From a virus, in IMG/VR virus record IMGVR_UViG_3300028902_000264: a stretch of DNA of 64,000 nucleotides. One strand, given 5' to 3'. Each line of letters opens with the position of its first letter. Position 1 is the stretch's first letter. Positions 1-8,758 of the stretch are shown here, one piece after another. The notes beneath the pieces are model-generated. The model made no database searches. It had not been told where the DNA came from and was given only the letters and a program-made list of their open reading frames with translations. The position numbers and the translations under genes are program-made.

Positions 1-1
1 C

Positions 2-1387
2 AAAAACATTGGAAAAAAGAACCAAACTACTGCAGAAGAACAGTGTCTTCTAGAAGTTGCTGCAAACTATAAAAAGAAACTTGCCCAAGGAAATTATAAA
101 GAAACTCTTGACGAGAATTCTTTAAATCAAGACAACTATATTAAACCAATGCTCGCAAAAGAATATGGAGAGGACTATGAGTATGTTGAAGGTTCCACTG
201 TGTTTTCCCAGCCTAAGCTCGACGGTTGCTTTTCTTGTGAAACTTTAATTGAAACTGAGGATGGACCAATCCCAATTGGTAAAATAGTTGAAAATCGTAT
301 GAAGGTTAAAGTTTGGTCATATAATTTAAATGACAATATACAAGAAAAAAAAGAAATTTTAGCATTTATGTCATTTGAGGAGCCAGCAGAATGGGTAGAA
401 ATTGAATTTGAAGATGGAACAAAACTCAAAACAACAACAAATCATCAGTTGTGGTCAGTATCAAGAAATGATTGGATTGAAGCAAACAATTTGGGATTCG
501 AAGAAGAGTGCTGTGGTTACAACCTAACAAAAAGATCACCACTTATCAAATCAATAACCCCTATTAATTCTCAAAAAAGATATAACATAGAAGTAAAAGA
601 TAACAACAATTATTATGCAAATGGTATATTGGTACACAACTGTAGATGTATCGCAACTTCAAAAGGTTTGTTTTCAAGACAAGGGAAACCAATAATTTCT
701 GCCCCGCATGTTCTTGAAGAACTTAAATCTATATTCGACAAACAGCCAGATCTTATTCTTGATGGAGAACTTTATAGCGACAGACTTTCAGATAATTTTA
801 ACGAAATAATCTCTCTTGCAAGAAAATCAAAACCAGAACCAGAAGACCTTCTTAAGTCAAAAGACTATCTCCAGTATTGGATATACGATTTAATTTCTGA
901 CAAACCTTATGAAAAAAGGCACGAAGAACTTAAGTCTCTTGTTACAGAATCTTCTGTAATAAAACTTGTTGAAACAACAAAGGTCTCTTCAAAAGAAGAA
1001 CTTGATAAGTGTTATGCAAGGTATATGGAACAAGGTTACGAAGGGCAAATGATTCGAATTTCGAACAAAGGTTATGAAAATAAAAGAACTAAACAGCTGA
1101 TCAAAAGAAAAGAGTTCAAAGAAGAAGAATTTAAACTTATTGATATCGTGGAGGGCGATGGAAACCGCTCTGGAATGGCAGGGAATGTTTTGGTTGAGAC
1201 AGTCACAGGAAAACAATTTGGGGCGGGCATTCAAGGCGATAGAGAGTTTTTTAGAGAACTTTTAAAGAATAAATCTGATTATATTGACACACTTGTTTCT
1301 ATTAAATATCAGAATTTAACTCCTGATGGAATTCCAAGATTTCCTGTTGCTGTTAAGTTTTGGAAAACAAAAACAAGAGAATTGTAA
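2..1387 (+). CDS. ATP-dependent DNA ligase, 5' truncated by window edge, intein-containing
   Basis: Frame is open from base 2 (KNIGKKNQTTAEEQ...IKPMLA). After intein removal motif I reads QPKLDG-CRC. Further ligase motifs: LDGELY, YWIYD, EGQMIR, LIKRK, C-terminal PRFP. Confidence 0.93.
   Translation, partial: KNIGKKNQTTAEEQCLLEVAANYKKKLAQGNYKETLDENSLNQDNYIKPMLAKEYGEDYEYVEGSTVFSQPKLDGCFSCETLIETEDGPIPIGKIVENRMKVKVWSYNLNDNIQEKKEILAFMSFEEPAEWVEIEFEDGTKLKTTTNHQLWSVSRNDWIEANNLGFEEECCGYNLTKRSPLIKSITPINSQKRYNIEVKDNNNYYANGILVHNCRCIATSKGLFSRQGKPIISAPHVLEELKSIFDKQPDLILDGELYSDRLSDNFNEIISLARKSKPEPEDLLKSKDYLQYWIYDLISDKPYEKRHEELKSLVTESSVIKLVETTKVSSKEELDKCYARYMEQGYEGQMIRISNKGYENKRTKQLIKRKEFKEEEFKLIDIVEGDGNRSGMAGNVLVETVTGKQFGAGIQGDREFFRELLKNKSDYIDTLVSIKYQNLTPDGIPRFPVAVKFWKTKTREL
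227..640 (+). mobile_element. Mini-intein (138 aa, no endonuclease) in ligase motif I
   Basis: Starts CFSCETLI directly after KLDG, has block B-like TTNHQLW, ends NYYANGILVHN, followed by Cys(+1). Confidence 0.93.
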
Positions 1388-2022
1388 TGGAAACAATAGA
1401 ATGTAAACATACAGATGATGTGCCAAAGAATTACACGGGGATTGCTGTGTTTCCGAATGGAGCCAAATTTTGGTATAAAGAAGGAAAAAAACACAGATTA
1501 GATGGTCCTGCCTGTGAATGGGATAATGGAGATAAGTCTTGGTATAAAGAAGGCTTACTTCATAGAATCGATGGTCCTGCGGTTGAATGGAACGATGGTA
1601 CCAAACATTGGTATATCGAAGGAAAACGCCACCGAATAGATGGTCCTGCTATTGAATGGGTAAATGGAACAAAAGAGTGGTGGATTAATGGAAACCTCCA
1701 CCGAGAGGATGGGCCAGCTATTGAATTGGCAGATGGAACAAAAGGATGGTATAAAGAAGGCTTACTTCATAGAATAAATGGCCCAGCAATTGAACGGTCA
1801 AATGGTTGCAAAGAATGGTGGATCAATGGGATAAAATGTTCTTTTATTTTAGATATTCGAAATAAAGTTTTTCTTGGAAAAGAAAAAGGAAGATATAATC
1901 TTGAATGGTTAAAGTTTCTTACAGAGAAAGAGATTGAAGAAATTCCAATTGTTCCTGGCTTGGAATATGAATTCCAAATTGATTTGGAAACACTGGAGTC
2001 GTTTTCAAAATGGAAACACTAA
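1387..2022 (+). CDS. HRxDGPA-repeat protein (5 repeats) with conserved FLGKEKG...PIxPG C-terminal domain
   Basis: 22-aa repeat WYKEGxxHRxDGPAxEWxxGxK. ATG at 1387 overlaps the ligase stop. Confidence 0.85.
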   Translation: METIECKHTDDVPKNYTGIAVFPNGAKFWYKEGKKHRLDGPACEWDNGDKSWYKEGLLHRIDGPAVEWNDGTKHWYIEGKRHRIDGPAIEWVNGTKEWWINGNLHREDGPAIELADGTKGWYKEGLLHRINGPAIERSNGCKEWWINGIKCSFILDIRNKVFLGKEKGRYNLEWLKFLTEKEIEEIPIVPGLEYEFQIDLETLESFSKWKH

Positions 2023-2501
2023 AACTGAAATTTGGAGAAAATATTCCAAAAAATTATACAGGAATTGTTGAATGGGAAAACGGAAATAAATATTGGTATA
2101 AAGATGGACTTCTCCACCGAGAAAACGGACCTGCTGCGGAGTTTTCTGATGGAACAAAAATATGGTATATAAAAGGAAAATGCCACAGATTAGATGGTCC
2201 AGCTATTGAGTTTTCAGATGGAGCAAAAGAATGGTATTTTGAAGGAAAAGAACATCGAATCGATGGACCTGCTATTGAATACGCAGACGGAACTAAGAAA
2301 TGGTGTATAGAAGGGAAATCGTTTACAGAAATAGTAAATACTCGGGATAAAATTTTTCTTGGGAAAGAAAAAGGAAAATATGGTCTTGAATGGTATAAGT
2401 TTATGACAGAAAAAGGAATCGAGGAATATCCAATTATTCCTGGTTTAGAGTATAAAGTTATTATTTTTCAACCTTTAGAAGAGTTTCTTAAACAGAAATG
2501 A
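2010..2501 (+). CDS. HRxDGPA-repeat protein (3 repeats), same C-terminal domain
   Basis: PKNYTGIVEW start, three repeats, FLGKEKGKYGLEWYKFMTEKGIEEYPIIPG. Confidence 0.85.
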   Translation: METLKLKFGENIPKNYTGIVEWENGNKYWYKDGLLHRENGPAAEFSDGTKIWYIKGKCHRLDGPAIEFSDGAKEWYFEGKEHRIDGPAIEYADGTKKWCIEGKSFTEIVNTRDKIFLGKEKGKYGLEWYKFMTEKGIEEYPIIPGLEYKVIIFQPLEEFLKQK

Positions 2502-2767
2502 ACAAGAGTATCGAAAACAAGTTAAGCATTGGAGGGTGTTATAAAGTAAAAGATTTATATTTGTTTAAGGGATTCGATACAAAAACTGGTCATCTCTCTT
2601 GGGCAGAAGAAACAACTCATAAGTTTTATTATTCTATTTGTTTAGATGTTATAACAATAAACTTTAGGACTGTTCTTGTTTTATTAGTTGAAGAAGGAAT
2701 TAGATATGCAAATGCTTGTTCTTTTTTGCGGTGTGCCTCGCTTGACAGCCCTTCGAACCATAGTTAG
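2498..2767 (+). CDS. Hypothetical protein
   Basis: 89 aa ORF, ATGA-coupled to the previous gene. Confidence 0.55.
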   Translation: MNKSIENKLSIGGCYKVKDLYLFKGFDTKTGHLSWAEETTHKFYYSICLDVITINFRTVLVLLVEEGIRYANACSFLRCASLDSPSNHS

Positions 2768-2770
2768 CGT
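2742..2770 (+). promoter_or_regulatory. sigma70-like promoter
   Basis: TTGACA-N17-TAGCGT, 11 nt before the Nudix ATG. Confidence 0.6.
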
Positions 2771-2781
2771 GTGGCTACGCC

Positions 2782-3225
2782 ATGACTATATCACTTAAAA
2801 CCCAAAAACCTATTATGTATGCGGCTTGTGTTTTGGTTGTCAACACAGAAAACAATACCGTTCTCGCCGTATCAAGAAAAAACGACAAAACAAAATTTGG
2901 AATAATTGGCGGTAAAATAGATCCTGGAGAAACCTCTGTCGAGGCGGCGGCAAGAGAAATGAAAGAAGAAACGGGATACGATGTTTCTCCAGAAGATTTA
3001 ATTTCAGTTTTTAAACGTCATAAAGAAGATGATGGTTATACAACCGAAACATTCCTATTACCATTCAAACACTTTAATCCAATTAAACAAGATACTTTAG
3101 ATGCCCATGAAACAGGTGTTGTTAAATGGGTTGATTGGCAAACCTTGTTTGATGGTCCATTTGGAGCCTATAACAAACTTCTCTATTTGGAAATAAAAGA
3201 TAAGCTGGAGGAACTGAATGCCTGA
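2782..3225 (+). CDS. Nudix hydrolase
   Basis: Nudix box GGKIDPGETSVEAAAREMKEETG. Confidence 0.92.
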   Translation: MTISLKTQKPIMYAACVLVVNTENNTVLAVSRKNDKTKFGIIGGKIDPGETSVEAAAREMKEETGYDVSPEDLISVFKRHKEDDGYTTETFLLPFKHFNPIKQDTLDAHETGVVKWVDWQTLFDGPFGAYNKLLYLEIKDKLEELNA

Positions 3226-3403
3226 AAAAGAAAAAGATGATAGCTTCGACGAAGAAATCTGGGCCAAATCTATAATAAATTCTTTTACTGAAAACTTTAC
3301 CCCAAAACCAAATCCAAGACGTTCTTTGGTTGTTAAAACCAACTTAAGAACAGGTCAGATAGAAACAGTTCAATTCAACAAACAAAGGAGTATGATACCA
3401 TGA
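3218..3403 (+). CDS. Small hypothetical protein
   Basis: 61 aa, overlaps both neighbours as in an operon. Confidence 0.55.
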   Translation: MPEKEKDDSFDEEIWAKSIINSFTENFTPKPNPRRSLVVKTNLRTGQIETVQFNKQRSMIP

Positions 3404-3699
3404 ATGAAAATGATACGTTAGGGACAATGACCGCGGAATTCAAAAAAGAAGGGAAAGGAATGCCCCTTCAAGACTTTGAAAAGTTTGCCGCGAAATTTGG
3501 GTTTACATCCGTTCGACCAACGCGAGTAAATGATAAAACCCAAGTTCATACAGCAGACTATCGTCCAAACAGAATTAATGTGGCAGTAACTGCTCCAATT
3601 ATTTCAACGGAGATCGTTAAGGTTGGCAAACGAGAATATGTTGAAGAAAACGTTGATTATTTGAAGTCGACAGTAACTGATATTCTTAGTATTGGATAG
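3400..3699 (+). CDS. Peptidase inhibitor I78/potato-I-like protein
   Basis: VHTADYRPNRINVAV resembles the reactive-loop motif T-x-D-Y-R-P-x-R-x-N-V. Confidence 0.6.
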   Translation: MNENDTLGTMTAEFKKEGKGMPLQDFEKFAAKFGFTSVRPTRVNDKTQVHTADYRPNRINVAVTAPIISTEIVKVGKREYVEENVDYLKSTVTDILSIG

Positions 3700-3703
3700 T
3701 GAA

Positions 3704-3988
3704 ATGATGGACAGAACAAATCTTGCCCATCTTAAACACAAACTAAGACTTCTTCGCCAAGAAAACGGCGAAAAAACAGAGGAATATCTTAAGAGATATT
3801 CAAAACTTGAACAAGAAATAAAGAACGAAGAACTTCGTTTATTTTTTATCGATGATACCAAATTGCTTCAAGAAGAAGTTATCCAAATAAGAAAAAAACA
3901 AAAGTTGTATGATGTTCTTTATTCGATTGGTATGGTATTTGTCGTTTTAGGTTTTTTTGTCTTTATGGCTTTTCTTGCAACAAAATGA
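3704..3988 (+). CDS. Coiled-coil protein with C-terminal transmembrane helix
   Basis: Charged helical N-terminus followed by VLYSIGMVFVVLGFFVFMAFLA. Confidence 0.65.
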   Translation: MMDRTNLAHLKHKLRLLRQENGEKTEEYLKRYSKLEQEIKNEELRLFFIDDTKLLQEEVIQIRKKQKLYDVLYSIGMVFVVLGFFVFMAFLATK

Positions 3989-3997
3989 TTTTGTGGC

Positions 3998-4026
3998 TTT
4001 ACAGCTGGTCTTCGGGGGCTTACAAG
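3998..4026 (+). promoter_or_regulatory. sigma70-like promoter
   Basis: TTTACA-gctggtcttcgggggct(17)-TACAAG, followed by GGAG and ATG at 4041. Confidence 0.55.
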
Positions 4027-4040
4027 GCAAGACGGAGCTA

Positions 4041-4271
4041 ATGAGCATGAAAACCCCTCGGATGTTCGTTTTAGGCAATCCAACAGACCGCTGTTCTTTT
4101 GTTTGGCTTGGGGAGCCTCCTGAAAAATCAGACAAGTTTTATTCAACATTCTCCAGGTTTAAAGAATATGAGATTAAAACCATCCAAGACAACAAGGATG
4201 GAACATTTGATATTAAACTAAGAAATGTAAATTTCACATACCAAAACATTAAACCTTCTTCAAAAGGATAA
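4041..4271 (+). CDS. Hypothetical protein
   Basis: ATG at 4041 with GGAG SD, preferred over the longer ORF call at 3957. Confidence 0.55.
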   Translation: MSMKTPRMFVLGNPTDRCSFVWLGEPPEKSDKFYSTFSRFKEYEIKTIQDNKDGTFDIKLRNVNFTYQNIKPSSKG

Positions 4272-4277
4272 ACTCAA

Positions 4278-5384
4278 ATGAAACAAGAAGATGTGGATTC
4301 TGTTCTATCAGAAGATTTAAAAACAAGTGAGATAATCATATCTTCTTTTTCACTGTCTGATCTTCAAACAAAACTCGAAGAGGTTGAACACAAACTTGGT
4401 TTACCAAGATATATTAACGACAAGAAAGAATATATTTCTCTTGCTAAAGAACATTCTCTTCTTTCCTCACAAGTTGATTCGATTAAATCTTTTATTGAAG
4501 AACGAGAATGGATTTCTCTTCTAAAAGAAGAAGGTTCTGTTGAGTTAGAAGATGCCGAGAAGTTTCATAAATCGGTTGAAAAACAACAACAGCAAATTCT
4601 TCTTTCAGAAGAAGATGACCATAAAAGTGCTTATGTGGAAATAAATTCTGGCGCTGGGGGGGATGATGCTTGTGATTTTGCCGAGTCTCTTATGAAGATG
4701 TATTTGAAATGGGCATTCAAAAATGGATTTGACTATGATATTCTTTCTCAAGTAGACGGTGATGTTGCGGGAATTTCTTCTGCGGTATTAGAAATTCGGG
4801 GCTATAATGTTTATGGAATGTTAAAGTCCCAAGTTGGTGTTCATAGAATTAAAAGAATTTCTGAGTTTTCTTCAAAAGATAAACGAGAAACAAGTTTTGC
4901 TTCTGTTGATGTTATTCCAATTTACGAAGAAGGTTCTGTCGAAGTTAAAATTCAAGATAAGGATATTGAAATTCAAACATTTCGAGCTGGCGGCAAGGGA
5001 GGACAAAATGTTAACAAAGTTGAGTCTGCGGTTCGTGTAATTCACAAACCGACTGGAATTGCAATCGTTTGTCGCACGGAACGAGATCAAATTAAAAACA
5101 AAAAGACAGCCCTTTCGATGCTTCAAGTAAGGTTAAACCAGCTCGAACAAGATAAAATTGATGCCGCTCAAGCAGAAAAAGAGGCAAACAAAAAAGATGT
5201 TTCGTTTGGCCACCAAACAATAACATATTCAACTTCTCCTTTAACTTATGTTAAAGATGAAAGAACAGGATACCAAACATTTAATGTCGATTCTGTGTTT
5301 GCGGGCAATATTGATGAATTTATTCAAGAATATCTCAAGTGGCTCTCAACAACAAAACAACAACAATCAAAAAAAGGAGTATAA
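4278..5384 (+). CDS. prfB: Class I peptide chain release factor, RF2-like, divergent decoding motifs
   Basis: [36 protein letters not shown] (GGQ intact), [14 protein letters not shown]. Full-length 368 aa with no frameshift. Confidence 0.92.
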   Translation: MKQEDVDSVLSEDLKTSEIIISSFSLSDLQTKLEEVEHKLGLPRYINDKKEYISLAKEHSLLSSQVDSIKSFIEEREWISLLKEEGSVELEDAEKFHKSVEKQQQQILLSEEDDHKSAYVEINSGAGGDDACDFAESLMKMYLKWAFKNGFDYDILSQVDGDVAGISSAVLEIRGYNVYGMLKSQVGVHRIKRISEFSSKDKRETSFASVDVIPIYEEGSVEVKIQDKDIEIQTFRAGGKGGQNVNKVESAVRVIHKPTGIAIVCRTERDQIKNKKTALSMLQVRLNQLEQDKIDAAQAEKEANKKDVSFGHQTITYSTSPLTYVKDERTGYQTFNVDSVFAGNIDEFIQEYLKWLSTTKQQQSKKGV

Positions 5385-5386
5385 AA

Positions 5387-5731
5387 ATGCGTAGCAAAAA
5401 AGGATTCTCTCTTCTCGAAAGCATAATTGGTATTACTATCATTGGTGTATTTTTCGTTGGATTTTCTATGGCTGTCGGCAAAGGTTGCATGAATTCTTCT
5501 GAATCAGCAACACAAGCCGCAACAAGATATGCTGGTACGTTTCATCCAGAGTGGCAATCTCCAAGAGTAGTTTGTCAAGGATATGATACGGATGGAAATG
5601 GGTATGTTTCTTGCACAATTGGTGCAAGCGGGCACCAACCCGAATCAATTGAATGTCCCGCAGCTCTTTCTTTCAATTCGGAATGTCGAGTTACAAGATT
5701 GACAATTCCAACTCAAACCAATAGCAATTGA
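5387..5731 (+). CDS. Prepilin-like (type IV pilin N-methylation motif) protein
   Basis: MRSKKG|FSLLE (G-1, F+1, E+5), then a hydrophobic helix and a Cys-rich domain containing DTDGNGYVSC. AGGAG SD. Confidence 0.75.
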   Translation: MRSKKGFSLLESIIGITIIGVFFVGFSMAVGKGCMNSSESATQAATRYAGTFHPEWQSPRVVCQGYDTDGNGYVSCTIGASGHQPESIECPAALSFNSECRVTRLTIPTQTNSN

Positions 5732-5732
5732 T

Positions 5733-6332
5733 ATGACAACCTCTAAATCATATAGCGACTACCTCCACGAAATTTTTGATAATGAATTTTATATGAAAGG
5801 TAGGTCTCCTGCCCAACTTTTTGAACAAGAAACATCTTCATTCTCAATGGAGTGGTGGAATCGGTGGTTTAGATGGGCATTCATTACATATTATCACGAT
5901 GATGATTTTAATGATGATGGAGACAGAGGTTCGTTGCTATATGGTTTGGAAAGAGTAGAACGCGAAGGTACTTTTCCTGAATGGAGAAGAAGAGATATTT
6001 TTGAGGCTTTTAAGAAAAAGCTTCAATTAAAGTCATATGATGATGTTGAGTACGTTGAACAAAATCCAATTAAATCAAGAATTGCATCAGGTAGATATTA
6101 CCCATATAGAGTAGTTCAAAATGGTAAAGATCAAATTATTGTGTACAACTATGCTATGCAAGACTTAGAGCCTACCCCTTCAGACGCTTGCTGTTTCCCA
6201 ACATATGGGAGAGATAGGACAACAGGCGAATCTTTTATTGGTTTTGAAATAATTCATAGAGAAGCTCAATGTGAGAAGTTTAATAATCACCAAGGTGAAT
6301 GGTTAAACTTTCCAGAAGAAATCGAAAAATAA
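5733..6332 (+). CDS. Hypothetical protein
   Basis: 199 aa ORF directly after the previous stop. Confidence 0.65.
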   Translation: MTTSKSYSDYLHEIFDNEFYMKGRSPAQLFEQETSSFSMEWWNRWFRWAFITYYHDDDFNDDGDRGSLLYGLERVEREGTFPEWRRRDIFEAFKKKLQLKSYDDVEYVEQNPIKSRIASGRYYPYRVVQNGKDQIIVYNYAMQDLEPTPSDACCFPTYGRDRTTGESFIGFEIIHREAQCEKFNNHQGEWLNFPEEIEK

Positions 6333-6375
6333 ACAAGAAAAACAAAAATCTTCAGCATAAATAAAAAGGAATAGA

Positions 6376-6669
6376 ATGAAAATAAAACAGGTTGTTTCAA
6401 AAGAAAACAAACCGCTTTGTCAAGAATTTCTTGAAAAGCATATTGCTCCAAAAAAACCGAAGTCACAGGTATACTGTTATGTAAGAGAAGCATTTAGGGA
6501 AAATCCTTCTTTTATCCAAGTTATTTTTGAGAATCCCCAAGATTCAGACATGATTAGGGTTCCAAATAGTTTTGGAGATATGAGAGTTAGAGTCAAGGTT
6601 GCAGAAAGAAGAGACCTTGACATGATTTCTTTTTGGAAAGAAAAATGTTCAAACAAGACATTGAATTAA
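6376..6669 (+). CDS. Hypothetical protein
   Basis: 97 aa, AAGGA SD. Confidence 0.6.
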   Translation: MKIKQVVSKENKPLCQEFLEKHIAPKKPKSQVYCYVREAFRENPSFIQVIFENPQDSDMIRVPNSFGDMRVRVKVAERRDLDMISFWKEKCSNKTLN

Positions 6670-6697
6670 TTTAATCAATACTTAAAACCAAGTACCA

Positions 6698-7258
6698 ATG
6701 ACGGCAATACTTGGTTTGTTTGAAGAAGGAAAATTATGGTTGATAGGTGATTCTTATACAGGTAGTGCCTCCCATGACTGCAAAGATCTTTGTTTAAGTC
6801 CTAAAGTGTACAGACACTTAAACTTCATCATTGGTTTGTGCGGCTCCCCAAAACATGAATTAATTTTCGAAGAGGTTCTTAAAAAAGAAACCAAGAAAAA
6901 ATCATTTGTGGAATCCGAAGATTGGATTAAGTTCAAACTTCCAAAAATTATAAAAGAAGCTTGTTTAAAATCAAAAGTCACAACAAAAGATGAAGAAGGA
7001 GAAGTTGTAATGGGAGATAGCAGCTTCTTAATAGGATATAATAAAAAATTCTATTACCTTGATTCAGATTTTAGTATTTGGGCAACACAGAAAACAACTG
7101 TCGGAATTGGTGTTGCTGCCCCTTATGCTTTAGGGGCATTAACTGCCTTAGAAGAAAACACAACTTATTCAGCCGAAGAAAAACTAAAAAAAGCAATGGT
7201 AATTGCCGCAGAATTATCTCATTATGTAAGCAAACCATATGAAATTGTGAGTTTATAA
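6698..7258 (+). CDS. Ntn-hydrolase, HslV/proteasome-like peptidase
   Basis: Met-Thr start, GDS, SPKV, IIGLCGS, GIGVAAPYALGAL pattern. Confidence 0.65.
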   Translation: MTAILGLFEEGKLWLIGDSYTGSASHDCKDLCLSPKVYRHLNFIIGLCGSPKHELIFEEVLKKETKKKSFVESEDWIKFKLPKIIKEACLKSKVTTKDEEGEVVMGDSSFLIGYNKKFYYLDSDFSIWATQKTTVGIGVAAPYALGALTALEENTTYSAEEKLKKAMVIAAELSHYVSKPYEIVSL

Positions 7259-7443
7259 TGAGATTTATTCTATATCAATCAGAACAAGAAACTCAAAACT
7301 TTGTCGAAAAACTTCCAATCGAACAAATTAGAGAAATGCTTGAGTTTAAACAAATATACTCAAAAGAGTTGCAAACTGCTCTGTTGAAAGAATATTGGAC
7401 TAGAATTAATAAAGAAATAAAAGATCACCTTAAAGGTGATTGA
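7258..7443 (+). CDS. Small hypothetical protein
   Basis: 61 aa, TAATG-coupled. Confidence 0.55.
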   Translation: MRFILYQSEQETQNFVEKLPIEQIREMLEFKQIYSKELQTALLKEYWTRINKEIKDHLKGD

Positions 7444-8017
7444 TTCTCTGAAATTCAAGTTGGTCAAGTCTTGAAAAAACAGCAGCTAGAGCTGGAACGT
7501 TAATTGGATTCATTATTGCTGTTCCGTAACCCACTGGAGAACAATCTATTCTTAATAGTCTTTCCGATTCAACACAAACGTGTTTCATCCCAAGCCAATG
7601 CCCCATTTCATGCATAAAAATCATTTGAAGTTGATGCCTTGATTCGATTCTGTTTGTTGGAACTTGAATATATGAAGTATTTGAGGCATAAAGTCCAAGA
7701 TCAGATTGCGAAAAAAACTCATCTGAATTTCTTACATAAACATCTCTCACTTCAAAAGTAAAAGATTCAACAAGTCTTGGTCTTAATCCAAGAACACGAA
7801 ACAAATCAAAAGTAAGAGTCATTTGTTTCTTTTCCAGAGCAGAATAGCTTGGATCGAAGTAAATATAGATAATCTCAGAGTTTCTTAACTCGTGTGTTAT
7901 TCCTCTTTCTCTTCTGGAATTAAATTGTGTGTTTCTGTTAGGTGAAGGAGGCATACAACAATAACCAAATAAGATTATTGAAAAAAGTAAACAAAGTCGT
8001 CCAAAGATTTTATTCAC
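7430..8017 (-). CDS. Exported metzincin (matrixin-like) Zn metallopeptidase
   Basis: N-terminal hydrophobic signal ending in Cys, HEMGHWLGMKH, Met-turn AIMNP. Confidence 0.8.
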   Translation of the reverse strand: MNKIFGRLCLLFSIILFGYCCMPPSPNRNTQFNSRRERGITHELRNSEIIYIYFDPSYSALEKKQMTLTFDLFRVLGLRPRLVESFTFEVRDVYVRNSDEFFSQSDLGLYASNTSYIQVPTNRIESRHQLQMIFMHEMGHWLGMKHVCVESERLLRIDCSPVGYGTAIMNPINVPALAAVFSRLDQLEFQRINHL

Positions 8018-8052
8018 TTTATTTTGTGTACAAACAATAACTAATCTTCAAA

Positions 8053-8580
8053 ATGACAAATCAAGAAAAGAAACAGTTCGTGGTTTCGATTTATGATAAC
8101 AAGAAACATCTTGTTAAAGTTTTTACTGTTGGCGGCAAAAAACAAGCTTTGATCGAGGCAATAAATATTTGCAAGAAGCCGATAAAAGATCAAGTTCATT
8201 TAATGGGAATTGCAGATCGCATAAAAGGTTCACCTTCGGTGTTCGACTTGTGGGACTGTGTGGAATTACTCCAAGGAATTTTTGAGGATTGGAATGTAGA
8301 AAGACCTTGGTTACTATATCCGAAGGTCAGGGAAAAAGCGATGACAAAAATAAACAATGAACTTATTGAAGAAATAGAAGATGTTAAAGTTTATGAGTTA
8401 GAAGAGGCCAAAAAGTTTATTGGTTCTTATAATATTGCCCCAAAACTTTTAGAAAGTTTATATTATTTCGATTACGACTACATGAAAAATGTTGTCAGGG
8501 GAATTCATTTGAAAAACCTACTCAAACAAAAGCAAAAGGAGCAGCTAGAAACAAATGAAAGTAATCAAAAAGACCGATAA
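8053..8580 (+). CDS. Hypothetical protein
   Basis: 175 aa ORF. Confidence 0.65.
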   Translation: MTNQEKKQFVVSIYDNKKHLVKVFTVGGKKQALIEAINICKKPIKDQVHLMGIADRIKGSPSVFDLWDCVELLQGIFEDWNVERPWLLYPKVREKAMTKINNELIEEIEDVKVYELEEAKKFIGSYNIAPKLLESLYYFDYDYMKNVVRGIHLKNLLKQKQKEQLETNESNQKDR

Positions 8581-8758
8581 CCAAATAATAATCCAGACGG
8601 ACAAAAAAGGGAAAAAGTTTGTCCATGCGTGGGCCGATGCAAGCGGCAATATTATAATTGAAACAGAACATAAAGGAAAAAAACCAAAACTTGTAACGCA
8701 CAAAGTTTTTGTGCAGAATGGGTTACCGATAGGAGAATCAATAAACGAAGAAGAATGA
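8555..8758 (+). CDS. Small hypothetical protein
   Basis: 67 aa, coupled to both neighbours. Confidence 0.6.
   Translation: MKVIKKTDNQIIIQTDKKGKKFVHAWADASGNIIIETEHKGKKPKLVTHKVFVQNGLPIGESINEEE

Noticed and set aside
4278-5384. Stop-codon reassignment suggested by a phage release factor
   Set aside because: ORFs of up to 1235 aa are intact in code 11. TAG ends member 6 at a paralog-consistent xxN terminus, and TAG and TGA read-through gives no sensible fusions where I checked.
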